This document shows positions 51,602 to 60,124 of a stretch of 64,000 bases of DNA, in pieces. The notes under the pieces were generated by a model that saw only the letters and a program-made list of their open reading frames with translations, did no database searches and was not told where the DNA came from. The stretch is from Gemmatimonadaceae bacterium (GTDB taxonomy: Bacteria; Gemmatimonadota; Gemmatimonadetes; Gemmatimonadales; Gemmatimonadaceae), in assembly GCA_040901985.1 (NCBI GenBank), contig JBBDYC010000008.1, positions 16,490-80,489 on the forward strand, given 5' to 3'. A program made the position numbers and the translations under genes. Every line of letters starts with the position of its first letter. Positions within the stretch are counted from its first letter, which is position 1.

Positions 51602-52531
51602 CGCCGCGAGCCATCGCGCTACTTCGGTGATCACGTGAACTGCCGGAGGCGCGCCAAAGGCGGCCAGCCACTCGTCAGCCGAACCGTGAACGAGGACACC
51701 CTGTCTCGGCAAGCAGAGCGCGAGCCGAGTGAAGCCAAACGGTGCATGGCCGTGGCTGCGGCTCCTGTCAAATGCGAAGTAACAGATCAGTTGAGCGACC
51801 GCCTTGGCCTGAGCACCGGCTTGGGTACACTTGAGCTCCACGAGCGTGTCCCCGGAGATCCAGTCTCCATCGCTTGCGATTACTGGACCGATGCCGCCGA
51901 AGCGCGGGTTGGGGAAGAAGTCACCGCCTATGCGAGTGTCGCGAACGTTTCGCAGTAGCGCTGCAATCTCCGCAAGGCTTTGTGGTGGAATGATGCGCTC
52001 AAACCACAAGCGAGCCGCGCGCGGAGAAATATGTCTTGGCAGCAATGAACTATTGATATCGCTCAGAGGCCGATAGCCCCGCCTCACAGGATCGAGCATT
52101 CCCAAGACTGCGAGCCATCCGAGGTAGGCTTCGCTATGAAAGTGTCCGCGACTGGGCAAGCGATAGCGGGCGATCGCATCTGCGATTTGCCGCGAGGCCG
52201 GGCCTCGACCGCGCAACCAAGTGATGGCAGGTTGCGCGATGTCGACACCAGACAAGTGGAGAACACCTCGATCTACTGCTTGGCCCACAACCGAGTAGAG
52301 AGATTGCGACCTCGTCGCTTCAGATGCTGGTACTGCGAGCCCAGTGCGAGCGGCGCAATTGATAGCTGCAATGGTGCTGCGAGACTGGGGAAGGAGCTGA
52401 CGCGTAAACTCAGGGGTTGCGCGCAAGAAGTCCGAAAGTGGCGCCCGCGCTGGCTTCTTCTGCGGAGCATCGAGTCTCCATTGCTTAACCTCCCGCGCAG
52501 GGAGTGAAAGCTGGCTAAGTGCGATGCGCAT
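51596..52531 (-). CDS. Cassette 7: PD-(D/E)xK-like nuclease candidate
   Basis: NPRFG..SDGDWI..LVELKCT..QLICY. Confidence 0.55.
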   Translation of the reverse strand: MRIALSQLSLPAREVKQWRLDAPQKKPARAPLSDFLRATPEFTRQLLPQSRSTIAAINCAARTGLAVPASEATRSQSLYSVVGQAVDRGVLHLSGVDIAQPAITWLRGRGPASRQIADAIARYRLPSRGHFHSEAYLGWLAVLGMLDPVRRGYRPLSDINSSLLPRHISPRAARLWFERIIPPQSLAEIAALLRNVRDTRIGGDFFPNPRFGGIGPVIASDGDWISGDTLVELKCTQAGAQAKAVAQLICYFAFDRSRSHGHAPFGFTRLALCLPRQGVLVHGSADEWLAAFGAPPAVHVITEVARWLAAT

Positions 52532-52549
52532 CCGACCTCAAGTCAGTCC

Positions 52550-52684
52550 ACATCGCATTTGCCGGTGCTGTGGACGCTCATTCAAAAAGACTCTGGCGGC
52601 GTGGCCGCAACCAGCCCGGGTCATCACGGCCACCCCGTCCAACCCATCATTACGCGCGGCCGTCGGCAGAAAGCGTCGCTATCC
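52550..52684 (-). repeat. attC6 (degenerate)
   Basis: GGATAGC-GACGCTTTCTGCCGACGG..TCCACAGCACC..GCGATGT. Confidence 0.5.
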
Positions 52685-53266
52685 ATTCGCGGGCCGAATC
52701 GCAGCTGGGTGTGGAGTTCCAGCGGTCTGCCCCACGAGGGAAAAGAGCATTCCGCCGCGAACGGTAAGACGCTGCAGAGTTCGCGGATTGGACTCAATGG
52801 AAGCATGAAAGCGCTCCCAGCCGCGAACAACGGCATTCGCGAGATCCTCCAGTTGTACAGCAACCGCCTCCTTCTCGTCGCTCACGGCAATGAGCCGCCT
52901 AAGTGCCGGTAGAGAGCCGCTCCCCAATGCGTAGGAGATTGGGCGAGCCTTTCCCTTGCGCTGAAGTGCAGAATAGGCAGAGAACGAATGCAGAACTCCG
53001 CACCGTGCGGCATACAGATCAAGTGCCGAGCAGTCGAGTCCCGACTGGGGCAGCAGGTACTCGTCAACCCACCTTACGAAATCTTTCTTGGTGACGTCGC
53101 CACCGTGTTCAACAGAAAGCCACGCGGCCGCATCGATCGTCGAGTAGAGAACGACGAGAAAGGATTGAATGTGTCCTTTATCGAGGAGAACTCTGAGGCT
53201 CGCGAACGACTGGTCGAATGCACTGCGAATTGAGAGCGCGCTTAGCGCGGCAAGGTCCTGTGCCAT
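52679..53266 (-). CDS. Cassette 6: HEPN-like helical protein
   Basis: ATG directly after GTTATCT core; LYAARCGVLH Rx4H motif. Confidence 0.55.
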   Translation of the reverse strand: MAQDLAALSALSIRSAFDQSFASLRVLLDKGHIQSFLVVLYSTIDAAAWLSVEHGGDVTKKDFVRWVDEYLLPQSGLDCSALDLYAARCGVLHSFSAYSALQRKGKARPISYALGSGSLPALRRLIAVSDEKEAVAVQLEDLANAVVRGWERFHASIESNPRTLQRLTVRGGMLFSLVGQTAGTPHPAAIRPANG

Positions 53267-53400
53267 AGATAACGTTTGGTTGTGCTGCAGCCGATCAAAC
53301 AACATGCGGGACGGCGGCCACGCCGACCCCTGCCTTACAATAGAGCGTGGCCGCCGTCCCGCTACATTAGCCCGGCTGTCTGCACCAACCACCGTTAGGC
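53267..53400 (-). repeat. attC5 (canonical cores)
   Basis: GCCTAAC-GGTGGTTGGTGCAG.CAGCCG..CGGCTGCAGCACAACC..GTTATCT; long internal palindrome. Confidence 0.8.
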
Positions 53401-53413
53401 TGGGCGGGCCACG

Positions 53414-54148
53414 CTATAGGGCCTTGAAGTAGGTCGCGCCATCGAGCTGTCGGAAAAGGAACGAGATGAAACTGAGGATATCAAGAGCATCCTCCTTCAG
53501 AATCGGCCAGTCGAGTGCGGGCTCGTGCGCGGTCGGATTGCGAATGGCCTGCATCAGGCCGGCCGAAAGGAACTTCACGCCGTCCTGCACATTGCGATCT
53601 GTGTCCGTCACGCACGCAGTGATCTTTAGGACTCCCTTCTCCGCACCCAGTACGTCGAGCATCAACGACTGGCCATCTTTGGAGCTCTTGGACTTTCGCT
53701 TTACTTCCACGTTGTAGACTTTCGCGGACTCGAATACCGCGTGGAAATAGTTGCCCTGGAGAAACAGCTTGCGCGAGTGTTGCACCACGGTGGAGTGAAA
53801 TCGACGACTCGCGAACAGCTCTAGATTCTCTTTGTTCACGATGGAGGCACCGATACCCGCCTCGCTGAGGATGCGCTGGACCGCTTCGCGTTCGGCTTCG
53901 GCCGATATCTTGAGGCAGAACTGAACGAGGAGCCTGTCTCGCTCCTCACCGGTCAGTGGCTGTTTCGCCAGAGTCAGAATCCAGTCGTGCACCAGCTGCG
54001 CGCGCAGTGACGTAATCGCGTCGTTGACGAACGACTGCTTCTGAAACCGAAAGAGTGCGCCCGCAACGCGATTAATCTCGTTGACTGTGGACGACCACTT
54101 GAAGATGTCTCCGACTTCAACGGCGATCGCGCGATAGTTCGGAGCCAC
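53414..54148 (-). CDS. Cassette 5: TIGR02391 family protein
   Basis: GNYFHAVFESAK, DGQSLM, IRNPTAHE, DALDILSFIS. Confidence 0.75.
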   Translation of the reverse strand: MAPNYRAIAVEVGDIFKWSSTVNEINRVAGALFRFQKQSFVNDAITSLRAQLVHDWILTLAKQPLTGEERDRLLVQFCLKISAEAEREAVQRILSEAGIGASIVNKENLELFASRRFHSTVVQHSRKLFLQGNYFHAVFESAKVYNVEVKRKSKSSKDGQSLMLDVLGAEKGVLKITACVTDTDRNVQDGVKFLSAGLMQAIRNPTAHEPALDWPILKEDALDILSFISFLFRQLDGATYFKAL

Positions 54149-54180
54149 TCTCTCTCCGTTCACGGTTAAGGTGGACCTCA

Positions 54181-54280
54181 GCCGAATGTGTGCTTCTGCT
54201 GCGAGCGCTTCCATAAAGTGGAGCAGTGGCCCCACAACCGCTACCGCACCTGCGCTTGTCGGCAGCAACCCTCGCTATGC
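54181..54280 (-). repeat. attC4 (mutated cores)
   Basis: GCATAGC..TTGCTGCCGACAAGCGC..GCGCTCGCAGCAGAA..ATTCGGC. Confidence 0.7.
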
Positions 54281-54321
54281 AGCCGCGACGAGAGGTCATG
54301 TACTAGGTTGGCAGGCTACGG

Positions 54322-55218
54322 CTACGGGACAAGCAGGAAGTTGAACAAGTAAATGCCGTAGTTGTCCTGCACCCAACAATCGACGTGACACGCGCGGCCG
54401 ACAGGAACAGAAAGTGGGACCCCTGAGGAATGCCGAAAGTCGCGAAGGTCCTTGCTGAGAGTTTGTCGAGCCGAAAGCCGAGGAATCACAGCGTAGAATG
54501 CGTCTACGAAGGCCCAGCTATTGCGCGGCTGGTCGCCCACAAAGAGCCCTAAGCGGACCGACTGCATGTCGGTGTCTCCGAGGTTTTCGAGGCTGATTGA
54601 GTCCGTTGTCAGGGCAACGGCCATGTGGACTCGATGCTCAACCCCTTCGTGCGGGCGTAGATTGCGCAGTGGTCGGGCGTCAATCGAAAATGTTCCGGTC
54701 AGTGGAGGAATAGCAGGAAACGCCAGACCTGCAGAAGCCTTTGGCGCTTGAGCGAACGAGATACCCCTTTCCCTCGCCTTTTTGAAAGCCTCTCGTAGCG
54801 TGTCAAGTGCGAACGCGTTGGAGCGTTGCTGATACTCCCTCGCCAAGCGCTGCTTAAGCTCCTCAAGCCCATCGGCAATCTGCGGAAGTTCGGAAGCCCC
54901 TTTCAAGAGAGCATACGCAGCTGGGATGCCGACTGCGACTATAAGATACGCCTCGATGACAAATGAGCCCTTATACGCATCTCCAATCCTTACCTTAGGC
55001 CGCTCTTCAGGCGAAAGCCCGACTCTGGCAAAGTACTCGTCTGCAATCTCAGAGACAGTCGCCACGAAGAGCTGCTTCCACTTGCCAGAGTACTCCATAA
55101 GAAAGTTGTCGTCACGGGCAAACCACTCGTCAGCTGCATGGTCGGTCATCCAGCGGCGAACTTCATCCGTGAAGGCGAGTTCCGCGCGGAGATTGGCGAT
55201 GACTGTCTCGCGTTCCAT
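54322..55218 (-). CDS. Cassette 4: hypothetical protein with one TM segment
   Basis: 298-aa ORF filling the attC3-attC4 interval. Confidence 0.65.
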   Translation of the reverse strand: MERETVIANLRAELAFTDEVRRWMTDHAADEWFARDDNFLMEYSGKWKQLFVATVSEIADEYFARVGLSPEERPKVRIGDAYKGSFVIEAYLIVAVGIPAAYALLKGASELPQIADGLEELKQRLAREYQQRSNAFALDTLREAFKKARERGISFAQAPKASAGLAFPAIPPLTGTFSIDARPLRNLRPHEGVEHRVHMAVALTTDSISLENLGDTDMQSVRLGLFVGDQPRNSWAFVDAFYAVIPRLSARQTLSKDLRDFRHSSGVPLSVPVGRACHVDCWVQDNYGIYLFNFLLVP

Positions 55219-55260
55219 GGTCGGTGGTCTGAGGTGATGACACCAAGCGAGCTAGAGTCC

Positions 55261-55327
55261 GCATAACGTGTGCTCCTTCTGCAACCGCTACCGCACCCGC
55301 GCTTGTCGGCAGCAAGCGTCGCTAGCT
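55261..55327 (-). repeat. attC3 (internally deleted)
   Basis: AGCTAGC-GACGCTTGCTGCCGACAAGCGC..GCAGAAGGAGCACAC-GTTATGC. Confidence 0.7.
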
Positions 55328-56386
55328 GGTGCGGCGGTCGCGCATCCAGCCGGCCACCGGACGAACAAGCCGGCCGGACGGAATCGAGGAGACCTCAAGA
55401 GTCTCAAGATTGTAGTCGTGTGCTGAACGAAGGTCGATCCAGACACCCTTGGGGCTCAGCGCAAGGCGAACATCGTAGGGACGTTCGCTAAAGAGGATGA
55501 CAGTACCAAGAATGTCTGTGGACTCGTCTGCGTCCCAGGTGGCGGCAATGAAGTGGTGCCTGCCAGCACGCTCACCCGCGTGACGATTCTGGTCCTCGGA
55601 TCTGGGTTCCATCGGCCGGACGAACGCACGCATGTCTCCCTCTCCGTAACGAATGAAGCACCGAATGGGATTGAAGTCAGGCGAGTATACAAATGTCGGG
55701 TACTCCTTAGCCGTTACCTTTGCCAAGTAATTGAATGCGATTTTTGCGACCGCACGCCGCACAATTGCATCGACAGTCTGTCTCACCTCGAGCTGGAACT
55801 CGAAGCCGTCTGGCGGTGGCGTAAACTGCTCACCAGGACGAAACGTGAGACCGTGCGTCGCCAAGTGCTCGATCAGTCGGTCCTTTGCTCCCGGATGCTG
55901 GACGGACCAGAATAGATCCTTCCTTTCAACATCAATGTCCGGTACAGACTTCGGATCTGTGGTGACGAGTTCGGCCTCAGTCATGCAAATAAACCCGCCG
56001 CTCTTGAGCCGGAAACGGACCTGCGGGCGTAGCACAAACCCTATTCGACCGTCGGAACTGCCCGGCGCTAGCTCAAGATAGAGCGGACCCAGCGGCGAAT
56101 CGGGAGGCAGCTGAACGGTGACTCGGGACTTCCTAATCTCGTAGGCCTCGTCCGCGGGTTTGAGTCCGAGTGTAAGCCGCAGCATCGCCTCGACCGAGTC
56201 CCGTGTGAGGACCAAGTCTAGGGTCCTGCCAAACTCTGTGTTGCACGTTGCGCAAACCCTTGGGTCCTCGGAAGGAGTCAGCGTGAGAGCTCCCTGAAAG
56301 CCACCGAACGCTGCGTGGAGAACGTGCTCCCGATTGAACTGTTCGAGAGGCTTCGTTTCGAGACAGTAGATGCAGAGCGCCTTCAG
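55322..56386 (-). CDS. Cassette 3: HNH endonuclease (CTG start)
   Basis: In-frame upstream extension of the 297-aa ORF: CIYC..REHV..FGG..VCATCN; GGAG shortly before CTG 56386. Confidence 0.7.
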   Translation of the reverse strand: MKALCIYCLETKPLEQFNREHVLHAAFGGFQGALTLTPSEDPRVCATCNTEFGRTLDLVLTRDSVEAMLRLTLGLKPADEAYEIRKSRVTVQLPPDSPLGPLYLELAPGSSDGRIGFVLRPQVRFRLKSGGFICMTEAELVTTDPKSVPDIDVERKDLFWSVQHPGAKDRLIEHLATHGLTFRPGEQFTPPPDGFEFQLEVRQTVDAIVRRAVAKIAFNYLAKVTAKEYPTFVYSPDFNPIRCFIRYGEGDMRAFVRPMEPRSEDQNRHAGERAGRHHFIAATWDADESTDILGTVILFSERPYDVRLALSPKGVWIDLRSAHDYNLETLEVSSIPSGRLVRPVAGWMRDRRTS

Positions 56387-56414
56387 TGTTGGCTCCAGTG
56401 ACGATGCTGCATCC

Positions 56415-56510
56415 AGCTAACGTGGGATTTTGCTGCGGACACTCCAATAAGATGCGGGCGCGAAGCGCCAGCCTCAATAGAGTGGCCGTCAGTACCAAGC
56501 GGCGTTAGCT
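56415..56510 (-). repeat. attC2 (canonical)
   Basis: AGCTAAC..CTGACGGCCACTC..GAGTGTCCGCAGCAAAATCCCAC-GTTAGCT. Confidence 0.88.
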
Positions 56511-57377
56511 CGCGACTCGGCTCGATCCATCCGTGGCCATAAGCACCAGAGGAAGGTTCAGTCGAGAGACGACGAGGTAATGGAGTATCAAGTCAGCGCC
56601 ATTCAAGAAGTCGTCCCGCTCGTTCTCTGAGAGTTCGTCCTTGAGTGCAAGTGCAGATCGCTTGTCGACTAGATGCCTAGTCTCCCTTCGATTGTTACTG
56701 ATGTCGAAGAACCAGGGCAATGCGCGAGGGAGGGATGCGATTACCGCCGGAGGCATCGCCGCCTGTTTCGCCGTTAGATCCATGCCTGGCAGCAACTCGC
56801 GCCCCAGCTCGAGGCCTTTGCTGAGCAAGAGAGGAGCGAGCGAGGGATCGTGAGTGGTCAGAGCGCCATAATGGAGCTGACCGAGTTCCGCCGTGGTTGT
56901 ATCAGCACTTCCGATCGCCTCGAGAGCCCGCAGCGTGTCGTCGAGCGGAGTTGCGGGCAGCACTCTCGTGCGCGGACGCGACGCAATCCCGTCGAGTAGC
57001 TCCCAGTCGTCTGCCGCGATGAGTTCTTTGCTGGTTGCGTCGAGCGACCAAGCGCGCGGCACTTGTTGCGGCTGAATAAGGTATCGAAACGTCTTTCCAT
57101 TGAGCGGCCAACCGGTTGCGTAGTTGAAAGCGCGGTCAACATCTCGGGCGAGGTCACAGGCGCGCATGAACACGATACCGGGATCATCACCTTCCTCAAT
57201 CGCGCCGTCCAGCTGAATCTGGTAGGCTGGACCTGAGATGCTCTCGTGCCAAGTGACGGACTCAGACAGTGTCCACACTCCGCGAGTCTCCGAGTGCGGT
57301 GCGAGCTTGGTGTCGACCTCAACGCGAATCGGGTGCGAATGAAGCGACAACAACCGAGGCGGAATAGTTCGCTCCAA
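56505..57377 (-). CDS. Cassette 2: HEPN-like (ApeA/MauJ-type) protein
   Basis: C-terminal helical region with RRETRH Rx4H; stop codon inside the attC inverse core. Confidence 0.55.
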   Translation of the reverse strand: MERTIPPRLLSLHSHPIRVEVDTKLAPHSETRGVWTLSESVTWHESISGPAYQIQLDGAIEEGDDPGIVFMRACDLARDVDRAFNYATGWPLNGKTFRYLIQPQQVPRAWSLDATSKELIAADDWELLDGIASRPRTRVLPATPLDDTLRALEAIGSADTTTAELGQLHYGALTTHDPSLAPLLLSKGLELGRELLPGMDLTAKQAAMPPAVIASLPRALPWFFDISNNRRETRHLVDKRSALALKDELSENERDDFLNGADLILHYLVVSRLNLPLVLMATDGSSRVAS

Positions 57378-57381
57378 GTCG

Positions 57382-57478
57382 AGCTAACGTGGGATTGTGC
57401 TGCGGACACTCTAGTAAAATGCAGCGTCGCAGGCGCTGCTACCATAGCGTGGCCGTCAGCCACCACGCGTCGTTATCC
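57382..57478 (-). repeat. attC1 (canonical)
   Basis: GGATAAC..CTGACGGCCACGCTA..TAGAGTGTCCGCAGCACAATCCCAC-GTTAGCT. Confidence 0.88.
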
Positions 57479-58003
57479 TGCACGCACATCAGTCGATACG
57501 GGGAGGCTCAGTCGGAGCCAGCGGCGCGCGCAAGCGCTTTCCCCGGCGTCTATGAGTGAAGCGCGAAATAGCTGAGTCCGGGGCTTGGCGAGTCTAAAGA
57601 GCGGCTCGCTCGTCGGGAGATACGCATAGAACTCACGCACGGATTCGGCCGGGACTTGCGCTGTAGCGAAGCGGCTATACAGCGGGAGCGTGGCAACGTG
57701 CCCAAGAACTCCTGACAGCACCAGCGCTTTGAGCTCGACACCAATCCGTCCCTGGTTCTGGACGCGCAAGGTAATCGTGGGCGCCGGCGGACCCACGAAT
57801 GTGTCAGTCGACGGGTCGTAGCTTGAGGACGGATGTTGAGACCCAAATCCTACGGAGAAATGCAGTCGCGGCACGTCCCGGAGGCGCTGTGCGCGTCCAA
57901 CAACGATCGTCGCGAGGATTCCAAGGAGCCCGACAACCGCAGTGAGCATCTCGCCCGCAGAAATCTCTTCGACAATTGCGGACAAGAGGCCGGTCTCTAC
58001 CAC
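57473..58003 (-). CDS. Cassette 1: hypothetical protein with N-terminal TM anchor
   Basis: AAGGAG RBS then GTG 58003; stop codon inside GGATAAC. Confidence 0.65.
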   Translation of the reverse strand: MVETGLLSAIVEEISAGEMLTAVVGLLGILATIVVGRAQRLRDVPRLHFSVGFGSQHPSSSYDPSTDTFVGPPAPTITLRVQNQGRIGVELKALVLSGVLGHVATLPLYSRFATAQVPAESVREFYAYLPTSEPLFRLAKPRTQLFRASLIDAGESACARRWLRLSLPVSTDVRAG

Positions 58004-58019
58004 CTGAGTCTCCTTGTCT

Positions 58020-58037
58020 GGATAACGAGTGTTAGGC
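58020..58037 (-). other. attI-like recombination site overlapping the sufS stop codon
   Basis: Minus: GCCTAAC-ACTC-GTTATCC; GTTATCC is complementary to the cassette 1 inverse core GGATAAC. Confidence 0.6.
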
Positions 58038-59318
58038 CGCGAAGAATCTTTGTCGAGCGCTTTCAAGACCCTGGGCGAGGCGCAGAACATCGGCGCTCAT
58101 GCTATAAACCCAAACACTAGCCCGCACCGTAGCCACCACCCCCATCCCCCGCATCAGTGGCTGCGCACAATGATGCCCCGCTCTCACGCATACGCCGGCA
58201 GCATCGAGCGCAGTAGAAACATCATGCGGATGCACCTCCGCCAACGAAAACGAAACCACCCCCGACCGCGCCTCAGCAGTAGCAGTCCCATACAAAGTCA
58301 CCCCAGGCACCTCGCCCAAAGCAGCCATCATCTCCCGAGTAAGCTCCACCTCGTGAGCCCGCACCTTATCCATCCCAAGCGCATCCAAGTACGTACAAGC
58401 AGCCGCCAACCCAACAGCACCAGCCACATTCGGCGTCCCCGCCTCGAACTTATGCGGCAACGCATTCCAAGTCGTCGAGAGATCCGAAACCCACTCAATC
58501 ATATCCCCGCCAAACTGATACGGCGGCATCGCCTCAAGCACAGCGCGCCGAACCACCACGCCACCTGATCCCATCGGCCCACCCATCTTGTGCCCGCTGA
58601 ACGCATACACATCCACACCCAGCGAATCCACCGACACAGCAAGATGCGGCACCGCCTGAGCCCCATCGCAAACAACTAACGCCCCACGCGCACCAGCCCG
58701 CGCGATCGCGACGATCTCCGCAACAGGATTGATCGTCCCAAGCGCATTCGACACGTGCCCAAACGCGACAACCTTCGTGCGTGCGTCAACCAACCGAGCC
58801 ATCATCTCGAGATCAACCCCGCCCGCAGCATCCAACTCGCAGATCCTGAACTCGGCCCCCACGCTCAAAGCCAGCTGCTGCCAAGGCACAAAGTTGGCGT
58901 GATGCTCCATCCGCGTGACCACGATGTTGTCACCCGCGCGGACATTAGCCCGCCCCCAAGCGGTGGCCACGAGATTCAACCCCTCGGTGGTCCCCCGCAC
59001 AAAGATCAGCGTATCAGCATCCGCCACACCCACAAACCGCGCGATCCGCACACGCGCATCGTGATACGCCTGCGTCGCCGCCGCCGACAACGCGTACGCC
59101 CCGCGATGCGGATTGGCGTTCTCTGTCTCGTAGTAGTTCCGAATGGCATCCAACACCACACGCGGCTTCTGCGACGTCGCGGCAGAATCCAAATACACAA
59201 GATCCGGCTGCGCAGCGAGCAACGGAAAATCCGATCGTGGCGCGAGCGACCCCTTCGTCACGCCAGCGCCCGCCGGCCGCTTCGCGCCCCGCGCGACCTT
59301 CACGCCCGTCTTACCCAC
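58032..59318 (-). CDS. sufS: Cysteine desulfurase SufS
   Basis: YLDSAATSQKP, EHHAN, FSGHKM, EAGTP, VRAGHHCAQP. Confidence 0.95.
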   Translation of the reverse strand: MGKTGVKVARGAKRPAGAGVTKGSLAPRSDFPLLAAQPDLVYLDSAATSQKPRVVLDAIRNYYETENANPHRGAYALSAAATQAYHDARVRIARFVGVADADTLIFVRGTTEGLNLVATAWGRANVRAGDNIVVTRMEHHANFVPWQQLALSVGAEFRICELDAAGGVDLEMMARLVDARTKVVAFGHVSNALGTINPVAEIVAIARAGARGALVVCDGAQAVPHLAVSVDSLGVDVYAFSGHKMGGPMGSGGVVVRRAVLEAMPPYQFGGDMIEWVSDLSTTWNALPHKFEAGTPNVAGAVGLAAACTYLDALGMDKVRAHEVELTREMMAALGEVPGVTLYGTATAEARSGVVSFSLAEVHPHDVSTALDAAGVCVRAGHHCAQPLMRGMGVVATVRASVWVYSMSADVLRLAQGLESARQRFFAA

Positions 59319-59635
59319 ATCCCCCCCTCGCGCTCCTCGATTTCATAGCGCACCAACGGATCCTCGGCCGGCCCGCGCAACACCTCGCCGGTGACGCACG
59401 AGAACTTGGCCCCGTGCCAGCAGCACTCGAGCTCGCCATTCGCGTACAACGTCCCCTCGGAGAGCGGATACTCCGAGTGCGGACAGGAATCCTTCACCGC
59501 GAAGAGCGCCCCTTGGTGCCGGCCGATGCACAGGCGCGCGCCATTCGCCAGCGTCACCGCCACAAGCGTCCCCTCGTCCACCTGCTCGGGCTTGAGGCCG
59601 CTCACCGGCACGAGCCCGTCCGCCGCTGCCGTCAC
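59300..59635 (-). CDS. Rieske-type [2Fe-2S] ferredoxin
   Basis: CPH..LSEG..ECCWHG..GPA. Confidence 0.85.
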   Translation of the reverse strand: MTAAADGLVPVSGLKPEQVDEGTLVAVTLANGARLCIGRHQGALFAVKDSCPHSEYPLSEGTLYANGELECCWHGAKFSCVTGEVLRGPAEDPLVRYEIEEREGGMWVRRA

Positions 59636-60120
59636 GCGCCACCGCCGCGCGCGTCGGCGTCTTCGGTCGTCGCGACCTTCGTCCCGTCCAGCGCGGCCTT
59701 CATCGCGTGCCAGCTCAGGGACGCGCACTTCACCCGCATCGGGAACTTGCTGACCCCGCTCAGCGCCCGCAGCGCGCCCAGCTCCTTGTCGGTCGCCAAC
59801 GCGGGATCCTCGCCGGTCACCAGTCGGTGCACCTTGTCGAAGACCCGCACGGCCTCGCCGCGCGACTTCCCCTTCACGGCCATCGTCATCAGGCTCGCCG
59901 ACGCCTTGGAGATCGCGCACCCGACGCCTTGGAACGAGATGTCCTCAATCGTGTCGTCGTCCACCTTGAGCCACACGGTGAGCGCGTCGCCACAGTTGGG
60001 ATTCTTCCCCTCCGCGCTGCACGTGGCCCCGGGCATCGGATGATAGTTCCGCGGCCGTCGGTTGTGATCGAGGATCACTTCCTGGTAGAGGGCGTCGAGC
60101 GTAGCGTCTTGCTTGGCCAT
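59632..60120 (-). CDS. sufU: SUF system NifU/SufU protein
   Basis: LYQEVILDH, NPNCGD, GCAISKAS, RVKCA. Confidence 0.92.
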   Translation of the reverse strand: MAKQDATLDALYQEVILDHNRRPRNYHPMPGATCSAEGKNPNCGDALTVWLKVDDDTIEDISFQGVGCAISKASASLMTMAVKGKSRGEAVRVFDKVHRLVTGEDPALATDKELGALRALSGVSKFPMRVKCASLSWHAMKAALDGTKVATTEDADARGGGA

Positions 60121-60124
60121 CGCG

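Noticed and set aside
53267..54268. ORF-track starts at 54268 and 53392
   Set aside because: They run through attC sites; starts at 54148 and 53266 fit the cassette boundaries
50790..58037. Dispersed repeats considered as a CRISPR array or REP elements
   Set aside because: Units are 60-135 bp, variable, separated by whole genes and bounded by integron-like cores; no cas genes
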